A stretch of 64,000 nt of DNA from Tubiluchus corallicola (taxonomy: Eukaryota > Animalia > Priapulida): contig JAQGDQ010000433.1 in NCBI GenBank assembly GCA_030141605.1, forward strand, positions 1-64,000, in the 5' to 3' direction. A program made the position numbers and the translations under genes. Positions 1 to 14,430 of the stretch are shown piece after piece (within the stretch, counting starts at the first letter, position 1; each line of letters begins with the position of its first letter). Below the pieces are notes generated by a model. It had not been told where the DNA came from and did not search any database. It saw only the letters and a program-made list of their open reading frames with translations.

Positions 1-335
1 TAGGCTTTTACCTAGGTTTTTTAATTGACTAATTGTGAGGATGGTGTTAGCAATACGTACGATACGTTTTTATTTGTACAACTACTAAAGTTTGTGTAGA
101 ATTAATTTGAATAATCAAAACTTAAAAACGAACAGTTAATTCATAGATTTTTCTAAAGGTTATACATGTCGTCCAATGTGTGAATTTGGTCCAGAAATTA
201 AACCCAGAAATTGATGACAGTATTTATAACCTGCAGTCAGGCACAAAACTTGACAAAGTTTTAGCTAAACCAGGTAAATGTATGAGCTGTGAAGGGTCTT
301 CTATTGTAAATCACAGTTGTAAGAATACACAGTAC

Positions 336-3300
336 CTTCTACTCCAAGTTCACCAGCATACTTCTTCATTAAATTGTGATCATTCAGGACAATGGATTTC
401 CATAACCTGCTTAATGACTTTCTGTTTTCAGGTTTTAAGTAGTCATAAAGTCCATGATCAAGGAGCACCAACTGAGCCTTACCGTCATTGCCTTTTCTTA
501 CTAAAACTGAAACGTAGAAATTGTTATCTGTTAAGTGGAAAAAAATTATTGCAAATTTATGCACCTTTGCATTTCCAATAACACTTGAAATTGAAGCTTA
601 TGAACTTCAGTTATATGTATTCACACTTTCACAGTCATTATATCAGGAAAAATCTTGCGACGACGGCAATTTAATTTGAAAATCACAACATACTGACAAC
701 AAAAGATCTTGCAATCATTTTAACCTAATACTAAGCTGAAAGAAAAATTCAATAAATCATAGATTAGCTACAACCATTTTTATAACTGTTGTAATTCCCT
801 TTGCAATTCCATAATTGATAGATGTAATTATGCTAACTAACACACACGCAATGTCCTAATAGCCACTAAATATGAACAAAAAAATTACATTATTTATCTC
901 ACAAGATTTTTAAAAACGTATAATTACATTTTCAGAAAAAATAAAGTTGCTTTCTTGTTTAATTTTACATGAATTGTATGTTAAAAACAGTTTTGTTGGG
1001 AAAATGTAAGCGCACAAATAAGTTTATGAAAAACAGACAGATAATTTGTGAAGCATTATGAAAAACTACACAAAGGCATCTCTATTGTTTTCTTCTAGCA
1101 TTAAAGAAGTATGAGGGAGCATGTTTGTGGACTTACTAGTGAAACAAAAACAGAAAGAGAAAGTGTGCAAAAAAATTGGTGAAAAAAGTTGGAGTCAAAG
1201 TATCAACTTTAGCTGCAAAACAATCACAATAAAGAGTTTCATAATTCACTTCTAAGAATTTTTTTTTCAAAAACTGACACGTTTTTCAGTAACGAAAAAA
1301 ATTTGTCTAGTCTACCTGCTCATTGATTTATAAAAAAGATTTTTACCATTTCCTGGATGTGGGTCAGCATGTACAAATCCAGTATGAAAAATCTGCTCAG
1401 CAAATACCTTTATCAACTTTTCATCAACCTAAAAATAAAAACACTTAAAATAAACATCGAAGAAACAGTTAAGCACATGGTGTAATGCAGTGCATATATT
1501 TAAAGCAACGAAAACCCTTTACTTACATAAAGCTAAAAAACATCTAGAAGTTTTATATCACTTACGTGCTGCCTTATTGCATAGAAAGCTTATGTTAATA
1601 GTAACATTGTATAAAGTTTGTAAATTTAAATTTACAGAGATGACCTTTAGGCGCAGGCATTTTATGGTAGGTCATTTGAAACCAGTTTAGATAACATTTC
1701 GTAAACTTTGGAAAATAATCAGAGCATTCATAGCACACTATTTGCTAACTTAGCAAAAGTATAATATACCATAGGTTGTCAATAAGATTAAAAACATGTT
1801 TTTTAATGTGGTGCACATTGGAAAGATGATTCAGTGACATTTTATCAATTGAAACAAACATTTAAATTTATCAAGAATTCTCTTTTCTAATTATGCAAGT
1901 ATTTCAAACAGGTAAGCATAATGCTAAGTAATATAACTTTGTGTGGAAAGTTTTTTTGGGACATACTTTCAATTTGCCCTTTCTTTCCCTTTATGCATTA
2001 CTAACTTCTTAAACACATTGTTTTCTTCATAAACAAGCATTGCAAATGTTCTTTTATATGTAACAACCGCAATGGTGTTAAAATATAAGAATTAAAAAGA
2101 AAAAAACGGATAATTATCTTAACGGATAATTGCAGGACCGCATAGAAACCATTTTAATATTGTATGCAAATTTTCACTAATAATCAGAATAGCCAAAGCA
2201 AGTTCTTACATCTTTCAGAGAAATTCCTTGTTTAACAATTCCTTCCCCATCATCAACTTTACAGCCCTCAATGTATTCCATCGTCAAAACACGCTGCAAA
2301 AGCAGACATAAAATACCATTACAAAAAAGTTCTGAGAAAACACATTCATGTGGTAAAGGCTTGTAAAGGCATTCAAGAAATTCACCTAACCTTATCACAA
2401 TGCAAAAACTCTACTGGAAAAAAGTGTTTTTTCAAATCTCCTAGGCAGGAAATTGCAGAGCAATCTTCAGAACAATGTCTAGCATTCAGGATTTATACAA
2501 AACATCAATTACATCACAAAGTGAAACACAGCTTGAAAAGTCAAAGAATTTGAAAAATAAGCTTACCTTACTGCATTTTTCCCAAATAACGCTTGGAACG
2601 TAAACATATTTCAGGTCGGACAACTCTCTTTTGCACCTTTCAGCATTTTTGCCTTCTTCCTCAAAGTCTAACTCGTTTGCTAAATTACCCTTTAGATCCT
2701 GAAAAATGTCAGCAGGAAACATTTTGTATTGTGGAGTTAAGACTCGCCACATTTAAAATATTTCCTGGATCCTGGACACATTCTATAAAAAAGGTATAAT
2801 TTTCTAATTTTCATTTCCCAACAAAACCTATGTGACACTACACCAGCAATAGTAAAGAGAGTGGCAAGAGAAGTCAAATTTAAAAGATTAAGTGGCAGAA
2901 ATTGTGACTGTTAAGCGTTTATTCTCTCAAAGTCACAATTTCTGTTTCTTAGGTTTAACTTTTGAACTTTACTTATATCGTTATATGTTCACTATTATTG
3001 TTGCTGTACAATATTGGTGAGGAAGTTAGGAGTAATATAGAAATGAAAATTAGAAAATTGGAAGTGTTTATGTTAAACATATTTAGAATACAGCTGGTTA
3101 AAAAATTTCATTTGCGAATCAAGGTATAACCTTTACCATTTCTCACTGCTTTTTTGTATTTCTGTAAGCATAGACTATAATATCACAATAAAAAACCACG
3201 TCATAACAGAAATAGCATTGAAGTGCAATTTGTTAAGTAATCTGTTTATAAGATATGTTTACATGAACCATGAAAAGTTTGTAAGTATTTATCATGCAGG

Positions 3301-6300
3301 ACTTAAAAAAATAAATTCTTTGTAAAGAAACAATGATTTTAGGTTCATTATAATGTAGATTTCCAAGTACAATATTATTCATGTTCTTTACACAGCTAGT
3401 GAGTCTTTCAAGTGGCTCTGTACGTATAAAGAAACAAGTCTCACCCACCTTCCTTCTTTTTATTGCTAATTGCCCTACTCAGTAATTAACTAGAAGTACT
3501 AAATATCTACGAATACCATTGAATTATTTGAATAAATTGTATGACAAGGTTTAAATATAATTTTTCTGTTGTCCATTTTTAGTGTCTCATTTAATTAAGC
3601 TGATTTTAGTTTATATTTCCATTTAGATTTAGATAACTTTATTTTCAATTACTTATTTTCCAAACACAGCGCATCACATGAAGTCATTTGCATTCAAAAA
3701 AGCAATGAATATTTTGGGGAAAAGAAAGTAGCACAGCTTTCGAGCCCTTCACTCTTTATATTTAGATACTTTACCTGTAGTGCCCATTTGAAAGTAAATG
3801 TGGGATGCATCCAAGCAATGATATCTAACAAAATCTCACATGTTCTTATATCACCAGAAAATCTATCTCTTAAGTCTATGTACTGCACCTGTTAGAAGTA
3901 ATAAAACATGTATGTTATTTAGAGTAGCTATAAACTACACAATCAGCTACCACTTGATGTTCAAATTTCTAAACTGGTTTTTACGTTAAATATTCTTTAT
4001 TTCAACACCAATTAATACCAATAAACCTTCCACTAAAACCAGATTAACCTATTTCTTATAAAATTTTTTCGTTTAGGTTTTTGCAAATAATATTTGTGCT
4101 TGCATAGCAAAATCGTCAATAAGTCGGCAATTAAGCTTTTCTAGTTATTCACATATCCTGGATCTTCATCTCATGAGGATCATTTTGATACCAAGCTCAT
4201 CGCTCCATGTTATTTCTGAGCTGAGACAATCCACATTGAAGTTGAGGTGCAGGCTACGCACTGAAAAATGTAATCTTGAGAAAAATGGTGTTAAAGTTAG
4301 CCAATGTTTTTTGTCGCGTCGCTACAAAACACTTAGCAACCGTACGAGTGTGGTTGCTATGGACTTTACAAGAGCAAATTGAAGTTACGTTTAAATCCAG
4401 TAGATGACTCCTCCTGATGAAGATCTGGTCTTGTCAACAGAAAAAAACCCGAAGCAAAATGGCTGCTTCCACGCGCTACAACTGGAGTTAGAAAATACGA
4501 GTCTTTTACAATTGCAGCACTAGCTTCTAGATGGAAAAGAGGGTAAGGAGTTATAAAATTAGATTTTTAGTATTTTTTAGACATTTTTCTGATAATTTGA
4601 TGATAGAATATAAAGGTCCAACATATTTAACATTTGGTTTCATAAAAATAAAAAAATCGACATTTGACCAAATTTTTGGTACTTTCTACTTTTTAGCATC
4701 ATAACGTAGTTTCAATTATGCCGACTTATGGACGGTTTTGGTTTGCAAGCACATATATGCAAAACAACTAACCTGATAAAATTCAGGTTGGAACAGTAGC
4801 TGATCCTAACATTTCAGCAATAAGAATATAGGATTCGATTGCAATTAGTAACTCTGGGAGAAACCTTTTTTATGGGGCAACAAAAATTCCCAAAAAGGCT
4901 TCTGGTTTGACCAGCTTAGGCCAAAGCAGGATGTTTTGCACAACAGCTGACCAGAAAGAAAATTCCAATTGATTCACATCCAATATTTAATAATCAAAAA
5001 AGAAAGTGTCAAAATGCCCAATGATTATCCAGAAAGTATTAAAATGCCCAAAATTTTGGTCTGCTGTGCTAAAACGAGATTGCGGTTCTGTGCACCTGCT
5101 TTGCTTATTCTTTTAATAGCTTTGTTATTATAACCTTCCAAGTAACAAAAATTACTTTTGCAGTGATGAAACGTTGAACACGGGGTTTTCAGGTAACAAA
5201 AATAAAATAATAACCTTAACAGCAACTTTCTGCCCATTTTCTAACTCTCCAATGTGAACTTGTGCTAAACTTGCAGCAGCTATGGCTTCATCTTCAAACT
5301 TATGAAACACTTCAGAAGGCAATTTTCCAAAATCCTCTAAAAACAACTGCTCCACCTACAGCATGAAAATAAGTCCATTTATAAAATGATTAATTATTTC
5401 TACAAAAGTTAAATTTTGCACTACATCCATCAAAGCTTTATTTATTATCCTGCTGTCTATGTATACTCACCATAATTTACAAAATTGTCAGAGACTCACC
5501 ATAATTTACAAAACCGAATGCCCTAGGTTGTGTCAGAGCAGAAAGCTAATCTAAAAATGTTACCAAGTGGTGTAAAATTGCAAAAATAAAATTCTCCTAC
5601 ATTGATTGACATTAATGATAACCAGTTTACTTTTGTCAAATATAGCAAGCATCATGCCGTACTATTTGATACCTATCAGGCTTGGAAATGCATGAAATAA
5701 AATTAGACTCTAAGCCATCTCTATTCTTGAACTGCCTGTGCGTAATACATATCTATATACATCAATATATTGTCAATACTAGTATTATGTTTAAACTTTA
5801 AAAAGTCTTATAAATTTTTTGAAGTTGAAACTGAAATTTGTAATTGACATAGTCAGAAAGTGGTAGCTTTTAAGAAAATAACACATCAGTTCCCTTCTAA
5901 TTAGAAAAAGCATGAGACATTACAAACCAGGGAAAGCTGAAACTGCAAAAAACTTAATGGTCAAAAACTTCATGTCTGTTTTGATTTAATTAGGTTTCTT
6001 ATGATGACCTTATTCGTGACAACTGGTTAATTATTACAAGTATAAAATTATACAAGCATCAACTGACTTAAAAGAAAGTTAACCATGATTTAGAAAAACA
6101 TCCTCAAGATGTTTTTAGCGAATGATCATTTGCAAAAACTTAAATATTAACTTTAAACACAAATTAAATACAAATCCTATGCATTATACAATCTCACACG
6201 TTCTAATTTTGTCATAAGCTATATCGTGTATACGTTAGGAGTAGCACATGTTTTAAATTGCAAAGACCTAAATCACCTAAGATTTACTATCACCTATTAT

Positions 6301-9300
6301 CTACTATTATTGCTAAATCACCTATTACCATCTAAGACATTCTAAATCTATTCCACAAAAACCATGATGATTCATAACTTATTGCAACCCAGCAACAAAC
6401 TGAAAAACATTGTATACAAAATCATAAAATACTAACACGTCAAAAGGATAGCAGTTACTAGAATACAGAACTTGTAAGCTGACTCTGTTACCTCATGAGC
6501 TTTCCGGATAAGTGCCTTGTCTTGTAAAGCGCTAAGTGTGTCAGTGTACTCTTTTGGTAGTATGTGATTCATTGATACTAACCCCTGCCCTAGTTTAATG
6601 TATAAACCGCCGTTTTGCAAGCAACCTCGGAGGATGTTGTCAGCAGCCCTTTTGTGGCAAGCTTTAATGGCATCAGCATATTCATTTGTGTCCTATCAAT
6701 AGTATTTTATGATCAACATTTCGGCACTTGAGGAATGTACAAATGATATTTATACAAAAATAAAATAAAACTTAAATAAGCTACATACTTTTATTTGTCA
6801 CGAAATACACAAACTAACTATCGTTGATTTTTGTGTGTATCAAGATCCAAAATTTTTATACGTCTGTAAACTTTTGAATATCAGCTTTGAATTTCAACTT
6901 TTGAACTTTTACATGAGGTGAAATATGTTTAATTTAAATATTGCATCACAACGCTTACATATTCCAATCCATACAAGTTCCACCAGTAATCAAAAGATAT
7001 TGTGAGTCCAACTCGGAAGGACCTACAATGAAATGTAATGAATAAAAGTAGGAAAAATCATGCAAAAGAATAAATGAGTGGTATAAAAACTTTTGTATAA
7101 AACACTTGTATGTATGCTTGCAAACCAAAACCGTCGGCATAGCCAAAACTACGTTATGATGCTTCAAAATAGAATGCACCAAAAATTTGGTCAAATGTCA
7201 ATTTTTTTGGTTTTTATAAAAACAAATGCTAAATATATTGGACTTTTAAATACTAAATACTATATAAATACTAAAAATCTAATTTTATAATCGCGTACCT
7301 ACTTATGTGCTTAAAAACTAGTACTACAATTGTAAAAATTTGTATTTTCAAATTTCGATGGTAGTTCGTTGGAGTAGTCACTTTGCTTCGGTTTTTTTCT
7401 ATTGCCAAGCCCAAATCTTCGTCAGGAAGAGCCATTTACTGGATTTAAACATAACTTCAATGTGTCCTTGCAAAGTCCGTAGGAACCAACATTTGTGTGG
7501 TTGCTAAGTGTTTTATAGAAACGCTTCAAAAAACAATGGCTAACTATAACAGCGATTTTTTCAAGGTTACATTTTCACTGTGTAGCCTGCACCTTAACTT
7601 CAATGTGGATGATCTCAGTTTAGAAATAACATAGAGCAATAAGTTTGGTATCAAAATGATCATTGCAAAATGGAGATTCAGAATATGTGAATAACTAGAA
7701 AAGATTAATTTCCGACTTATGGACAGTTTTGCTATCCAAGCACACATATAGTTCAACATAGCACAAAGCATTTTACATGTTGTATAAATAATACTGACAG
7801 TAAATGTAATTACCTGAAAAATCTATGAAACCCTTCAAAGGTTCCTCTTAATCGTCGCCTCTCATGGAGTGAGAGTGAAGCATAGTAACCAATCAGCGAA
7901 CCCGGAATGAACAATGTAATATATATTCCCTTCCCTGCTAAGAGTTTTTTCCTAGAAGACCCATGACTAGCAAATCTTCTAAAGACACGTGCAACATTAT
8001 ACATAAGAAACCGTCGAGAAATTGCCTGCAAACAAATAAATGAACGAATCATTCAACTACACATGCTGTTAGCTTTAATGCGAAATTTTCTAATACGCTC
8101 AATATTTTGAACCATAAAAACATATTTTTTATCAGTTTATTAACGACTATAATCTCAACCTGGTTAATTTTTGCTAATTACTAATTTCAATATACATGTA
8201 TATGATGTATAAGATACTGAAAATTTGTCATCCTAGCACAAGAATAACACGGTGAATAAATACTACAGTACTACTATCAATACCACCACCACAATGACTT
8301 ACAATGTATTATATATTGATCGGGGTAGCGCTTTTATTGTGGCACAAACCAGCATAGAAAAAATGGTAAATTGCGAAATTGGTTTTATCGGCGAACCTTA
8401 CTGGAGGATGTAACCAAGCTTATATACTAACCGACAATATAAACTTTGAGAGGGATTTCCTCTTAGAAGTTGTAAGTCTTGTTCTGTATTTTTTTATGTT
8501 TGTATTTGCTATTTAGAATGTGCATAAATAATCTAGCAGTCACTTTGTTCAAGTATTATAGTTGTTCCCAGACAGAAGTGGCATTCATACTCTTGCTACA
8601 GTTGAAACAGTGACTCCTGACAGAAAAATTATGAACTTACTAGTTTGCAGGACCTGCTTTTCAACATATACATAAAAAGAAGCTTTTCAAGATTTAGAAT
8701 CTTGTAGATTTTGTGGCAGAATTTAATTAAAAAACTGATGAATTATGTAAGGTGTCCTCGGATAGCATTTGTTGTATCAGTATCAGCATACTGGTGTAAT
8801 TACCTGAAAATGAGAAAGAATAAAATTTATTCCTGTGGAAAAATGTTACATGTAAAAATGCTATGTTAACATTACCAGTCAGACACTAACTACTGAAGTT
8901 AATCGGTCAATAGCTGTATATGACTTAATGTAAGTACATTTTTCATGTATGAAAAATTCTGCATACCAGAATTTAGATCTCATTTGAGGCCTCCAAAATA
9001 CCCTTAAACACAGGATAATGCATTGGGCTGGGCTGCTGGGGGAGCTTACAGTTCTTCCCCCACCCCCATAGTTGGTTGCATGCATTGTTCTATGACCCAC
9101 TGCACACCACTGATACTAAGTTAAGTTATCATTTTAGCTACATTATAAAAATAACTTGATTCGCAATATACTGATTGGGAAAGTATGTGTATTGCGATAC
9201 GAACAGTATGGAAAAATAATCTGTATAATCCTGAATTATCCAAAGTTCAAGATTGAGGAAATCTGGCAAGGCGGGCTACTTCACAATTTTCTGTAGAACA

Positions 9301-9417
9301 AGAGCTAACTTTTATATCACCATTATTATCTTTAGACAGTAGATATATAGTAGACCTACTACCTAAATTATAAGTGTAATAATTAATAAATGAGACTCTT
9401 ACTTTACTCCCACCCAT
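336..9417 (-). CDS. ADCK5: aarF/UbiB-family atypical kinase, ADCK5-like (multi-exon; 3' end lies outside the window)
   Basis: Phase-compatible GT/AG exons: 9403-9417 (MGGSK, tentative), 7814-8025, 6959-7022 ([14 protein letters not shown]), 6492-6692 ([11 protein letters not shown], the UbiB KxGQ motif), 5215-5355 ([13 protein letters not shown]), 3775-3888 ([14 protein letters not shown]), 2567-2698 ([12 protein letters not shown]), 2210-2293 ([12 protein letters not shown]), 1347-1428 ([11 protein letters not shown]), 336-506 (LVLLDHGLY). Alternative start at ATG 8004. Confidence 0.9.
1500..2110 (-). mobile_element. Kolobok-like non-autonomous DNA element copy (reverse orientation)
   Basis: Reverse complement matches 32100-32528; begins TTAAAGCAACGAAAACCC; right boundary approximate. 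Confidence 0.6.
4091..4757 (+). mobile_element. MITE family A (about 40-bp TIRs), copy 1
   Basis: Left end TATTTGTGCTTGCATAGCAAAATCGTCAATAAGTCGGCA is the inverted match of right end TGCCGACTTATGGACGGTTTTGGTTTGCAAGCACATATA. Confidence 0.75.
7109..7750 (-). mobile_element. MITE family A, copy 2 (reverse orientation)
   Basis: Reverse complement aligns along 4091-4757, with the same TIRs and internal GATACCAAACT / GTTGAAGTTAAGGTGCAGGCTAC blocks. Confidence 0.75.
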
Positions 9418-10095
9418 TTTGCGTTCACTGTGTTTACTTCATACTGGGCAATAACACGCAAAAGTGGCAAATGCAGCCCGTTGAATGAAACTAAAAATTC
9501 ACATGTTGTGCGCAGTTGCTGCTATCTATTGGACAAAAGATAAAGCAAAAACCTGCGCATAACTGAACACGTCACAATATGGAGAGGGAGTACTCATGAC
9601 TGTGGTAAACAGGGAAGCAGTGTATTCTCCCGCCCGGGGCCACCCCATAGTACATGGCTAGGTAAAACAAGGTGAAGCGGTACACTGTAATGTCGAGCCA
9701 ACGCAAAAATCCATGTATGTGCACTTTGTTAGAAACATCATAGTACATATTTTGCCGATGATTTCCAAACTGCGAGGTACATAATAATCTAATGTCTAAT
9801 GAACTCCATTAAACATCTATAACAAATGTTTGCTCGCCCTACTAACTTAAAAGCATATTTATAAAAACTTTGTTTGATATATTACCGGCAAAAATTAGCT
9901 TTCAAAAACCAGACCTCTGACCTAGATTCAAGCATCGGGCTCACCTTGGCTTGTGCCACACTACTCAAAATTAATGTAATTTAACAGCAGAGGTGAATTA
10001 AGCATTCAGTGCCCCATGACATAACCTTTGTAAAGCTTTGAAGCTCTGTACAAAAAGAATCGGAAGGAGTTTACAATTCCCCATGCGATTTAAAC

Positions 10096-10151
10096 ACCCT
10101 AACCCTAACTCCAACCACAGCCCCAACCCTAACCGTAACCCTAACCCTAAC
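10096..10151. repeat. Interstitial telomere-like (CCCTAA)n degenerate array
   Basis: aaccctaaccctaactccaaccacagccccaaccctaaccgtaaccctaaccctaac. Confidence 0.7.
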
Positions 10152-11188
10152 TTAAATAAATACGGAGCTTTTATGCCAAAAATAATAAAATATTACAAAT
10201 TTCTTGCACCATGTCATTGTAAGATATAAGTTACGCAGAAATTAAATTATAAATAGTTATCAACGAAGTGATAATTACTTTTTTCATCATAAAAACTAAA
10301 TTTGGCTGCGTAAACTGGGTTACTTTAAACAAGAAAGCTAAATTTTGTCATATTTAGCTACTCAGTCCACACTGCTAGCTAAAAAGAAGCCATTTATGGT
10401 TATGTAAAAGGGGAGCTGTTTCCGTCTCGACTATGGATTCTCATATTAGGTAGGATGCGCATTATATGCATGATCAATTGAACACCAATCTTGTTATATA
10501 TCTCGCACTTGTAATGATAAACGTGCGCACATGTATTCCATTATGTTAGCAAAGTTATTATTTTCACCAAAAGGTGCAGGTAAATTTTAAGTGAATTATG
10601 TTATTATGTAATATTAAGTAACTACATATTAAGACGGTTTTGCGCAACAAATTGCGAGAGAAGTTCGCACGTGCAACTTTACTCTCAGAGAGAAGTTGCG
10701 CAACGAGTTACGAGAGAAGTGTCTACATCTGAACGCGCCATTAGTCAGTAAATATACAGATACTTTAAAGTGACTTAATTAAAAGTACGAATCCACGCCA
10801 ACGCGCTGCTCTGCTATTGGACTTAGACAAGGCTGAGCCACGTTAGTTGACGTAACAGAAATACAGGCTAATCATACAGCGTACTTTAATAAAGAGATGG
10901 CGTTATTTTGAAATTTCTGATGATCCTAGTTTAGGCAATTCACTGTGTGACTTGTGTTGCATCTTACTTTTTATCTTCCGTTACTAGTAATGTGAACAAA
11001 ATGTATACTTAAGCTATCATTTGAACGGCTGATTTAGTTTCACATGCTGTCATGTACATGTATGTGAAAAAGTGATAATTTTTTGCCCTTAATCAGCAAG
11101 ATTCTTTACTTTACATTTTACTGGATAAATTGATTGCGTATAATTGAAGCGTGTGAACATTTGTGGTAGCAAAACTGGTAAAAAGAAA

Positions 11189-12934
11189 ATGGTGGATCAC
11201 ATCCTTGTTCTTCTAATCCAGTATACAATAATCTTCGTCTGCTTCACATTGAATTTTCTGGTGTTGTTGGTATTTCACTATGAGAAAGTGTTTGAAATTA
11301 CCAAATATTATTTCTTCGCCAGTCTTTCGGCTGCAAACCTGCTCCAAACCTGTGGTTATTTTGCTGCCATTCTTGGGCGCCATCTTGGTGACGTCACATG
11401 TGTGTATTGCATTGTGACATTCAGTGTGATCCAGTGTGCCATCTCCGCGATTATGAATTTGATTTTTGCCATTACTTTGGACAGATACATGAGTGTGACG
11501 CGGCCATTCTGGTATTGCAAGTACGTTACGTTGGGCAAAGCCAGACTGGTGGTTGCTGGTATCTGGTTGGTGGCATTATTCTTTGGCATCTTCTCCGTTC
11601 TTGCCAGTCGTACTTACGAAGAAAATCATTGTAACTACGTTCGCATGTACTCTACATTCTACATCGTAATGGTGTCTAACATATGTTTCTTTGTGCCAGT
11701 TCTGTTGATGTTAGTCATGTACATTCATCTATTTATTGTGGCAAGACGACATTTGAGGCAGATAAGAAATGTGCCACCATCAGTGATTACTGTTTCCGGA
11801 ATTCAGTCTGAAGGACAAGGATCGCAGCCAATGGCAGCGGCAGCACAGGTAGGTCCATTGGTTCTTCCACTTAACTCGATGCGTCTGGTAAATTAGAGAC
11901 TAGCAACACGAAATCCTTACCCTTGTGAAAACGAGCTGTCAGTGTTTAATAACATCCCATAATTGCTCAAACGCATAGGCTCACACTAAGCATGTCAAAG
12001 CTGTTTGAGAATTTGTTTTCGTTTATGATAGCCTAAAATGTCAGTTTAATTAATAGCTCTGACGGAAACAAAATTTAATAAAGAAAGTGTTCCAGTTATT
12101 GGTGAAAACATTAGTAATTGACAATGTTGATAGAAACGATATTAACAGAAACAGTAACAGTTAATGGAAATAATACTAAATGTGGATAAAATACATTTCA
12201 TCGTCATTGGTGGTAAACTGCAGCCTACATTTGATTTAATTTTGCCATCTAGCTTCCCTTTTCCCATAACGGCGCCTTTTCTAGATAAGCTGTTACGTCG
12301 TAGTTTAATTCTCGCGCTATAAAAAAGAAACGTTCGTTTTTTTGGTTAAAAAAATTCCTTGCTATTGCATGTCAGTCAACTTTAGTCCATGTTATTTATG
12401 CTCTCGAAGTGACATGAGATGTGAAGAAAGTAACATAGGATAAAGACTGTAAAGTCTGTAAACGATATCATAATTTTTTATGATCATTTAGGCCTATAGA
12501 TGATGTATAGACTGTCAAGGAAATGTTAAAGGTTTTGAAACAGTCACTCTCATGTCACTTATTTAGAAACAAATTACAAATTAAAACTGTATTTTTTTAT
12601 TTAGACTAACAAGAAGAAAAGGTTCTCCATGAACGTGAATATGCGTGCGCAAGTACGCAGTGCCGTCACAATCGCCATTGTTTTTGGGGCATTTCTCATC
12701 ACGTGGTTTCCCATGACCATTATCAGTATTCTGGCTTCTTTTGGACGGATAGATGAAGGTCATTTTGATAAACCGAATCTTATTGGTGCCCTTGGTTCCT
12801 GCAATGCTTTTCTTAATCCAATCATCTATGTGATCAGAAGTAAAGACTTCAGGGACGCACTTATTCGAAGAGTTAGAAGCTTGTGGACACGAGTTACAGG
12901 AGACGAAAACTTAATATCAACAACAACAAGGTGA
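11189..12934 (+). CDS. Class A (rhodopsin-like) GPCR, orphan, resembling the adenosine/amine receptor group, about 329 aa
   Basis: Exons 11189-11848 (CAG|GTAGGT, phase 0) and 12605-12934 (TTTAG|ACT). Seven hydrophobic segments with TM1 N, LSAAN, DRY (ITLDRY), TM4 W, TM5 FFVP, TM6 FLITWFP, TM7 NPIIY and helix 8 (DFRDAL). Confidence 0.9.
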
Positions 12935-13426
12935 TTTCATCATTGATGTCACGTACAGCTCTGTTGTACCATATTGTCATATGCTTCACTGTTAGACCTG
13001 CTGGTCAGAGCTTTCAGTTGAAATGTCCAAAGACGATTCTCGTGAATCATAAACTTTCCCATTTATAAACCTTTATTTGAATTTTTACTCTTTCCAATAT
13101 AGCCTTTCTGCCATGTTATGAAATTAGTGAAACACCAAGTACCTCACCGGCAAATTCGGGAATTGCCACAGATGTACATTTGACAAGGTCAACTTTAGTT
13201 TTTGTGTATCTTAGAAGTTGAAGTTAGTATTTGAACTTCATGACTTCTAGTAAAGCGTCATCCACGTTTTTAACCTATTCCTTATTCTTTTAAATTTCGT
13301 ATTTGGCTATTTTTTGTGTATGCGGACTTTTTATAATATTGTTTTTTAAAATCCCTGCCTCGCATTTTTCGCGGATCTAATTATCTGTCTTTCTTTCCCT
13401 CTCCCTCTCCTCTCTCTCGATTTCGC

Positions 13427-13720
<294 letters not shown>

Positions 13721-14299
13721 GCTTTCTCCACGATAACTAGCATTTTCTTTTTTCCTGCAAGCAATGATTATGCATTAAGCGTAATTACCTTCTCTTAATG
13801 CCAGTCAGCTAACAACCCTGAAGTATAAAACTGTTTGATTAATGATAATCATCGGCTTGTAATAAAAATCTAAACGCAATCATGATTATACACACAAACC
13901 TCGTAACAAACCTCGTTTTAATAAGATCAATAGGTTATGGTAACAATCTAAGCTTTACACATTGTAAAATAGTGTTGTTAGCGAAGCTTTTTTGTTTGTT
14001 TCTTTGTATGTATGTATGTACGTTTGTTTATTTGTTTGTTTGTTTGTTTGTCTGTCTGTCTATCTATCTGTCTGTCTGCCTGTCTGTCTGTTTCTAACAG
14101 TTAGTTTCTTAACTGGTACTAACCCACTATATCAACGTGAATGAGAAGATCAGTTTCCCGAGTACCTGCTTTATGGAAGGCCCCTAGTTGATAATTTTGG
14201 AAGACAGGAGTCTGTGAACTGTTTAGAAGAGAGGCACCTGGGATTTATGTGGTTAAAAGTCGTGAAATGAATCCAACTTTTATAAATTCACTTCATGAT

Positions 14300-14430
14300 C
14301 ATTCTATTCTATTCTATTCTATTCTATTCTATTCTATTCTATTCTATTCTATTCTATTCTATTCTATTCTATTCTATTCTATTCTATTCTATTCTATTCT
14401 ATTCTATTCTATTCTATTCTATTCCATTCT
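14300..14430. repeat. (ATTCT)n pentanucleotide microsatellite
   Basis: Direct inspection. Confidence 0.95.

Noticed and set aside
4410-4450. CTGATGA motif in MITE A (also at 10917 and 30621) as a hammerhead
   Set aside because: No properly placed stem II plus GAAA box and no stem I complementarity.
9575-9720. GC-richer block upstream of ADCK5 as a possible snRNA or ribozyme
   Set aside because: No recognisable RNA family motif; more likely promoter or repeat sequence.
10096-10151. Telomeric repeats as evidence of a chromosome fusion or chromosome end
   Set aside because: Very short and degenerate; such tracts are common inside invertebrate repeats.
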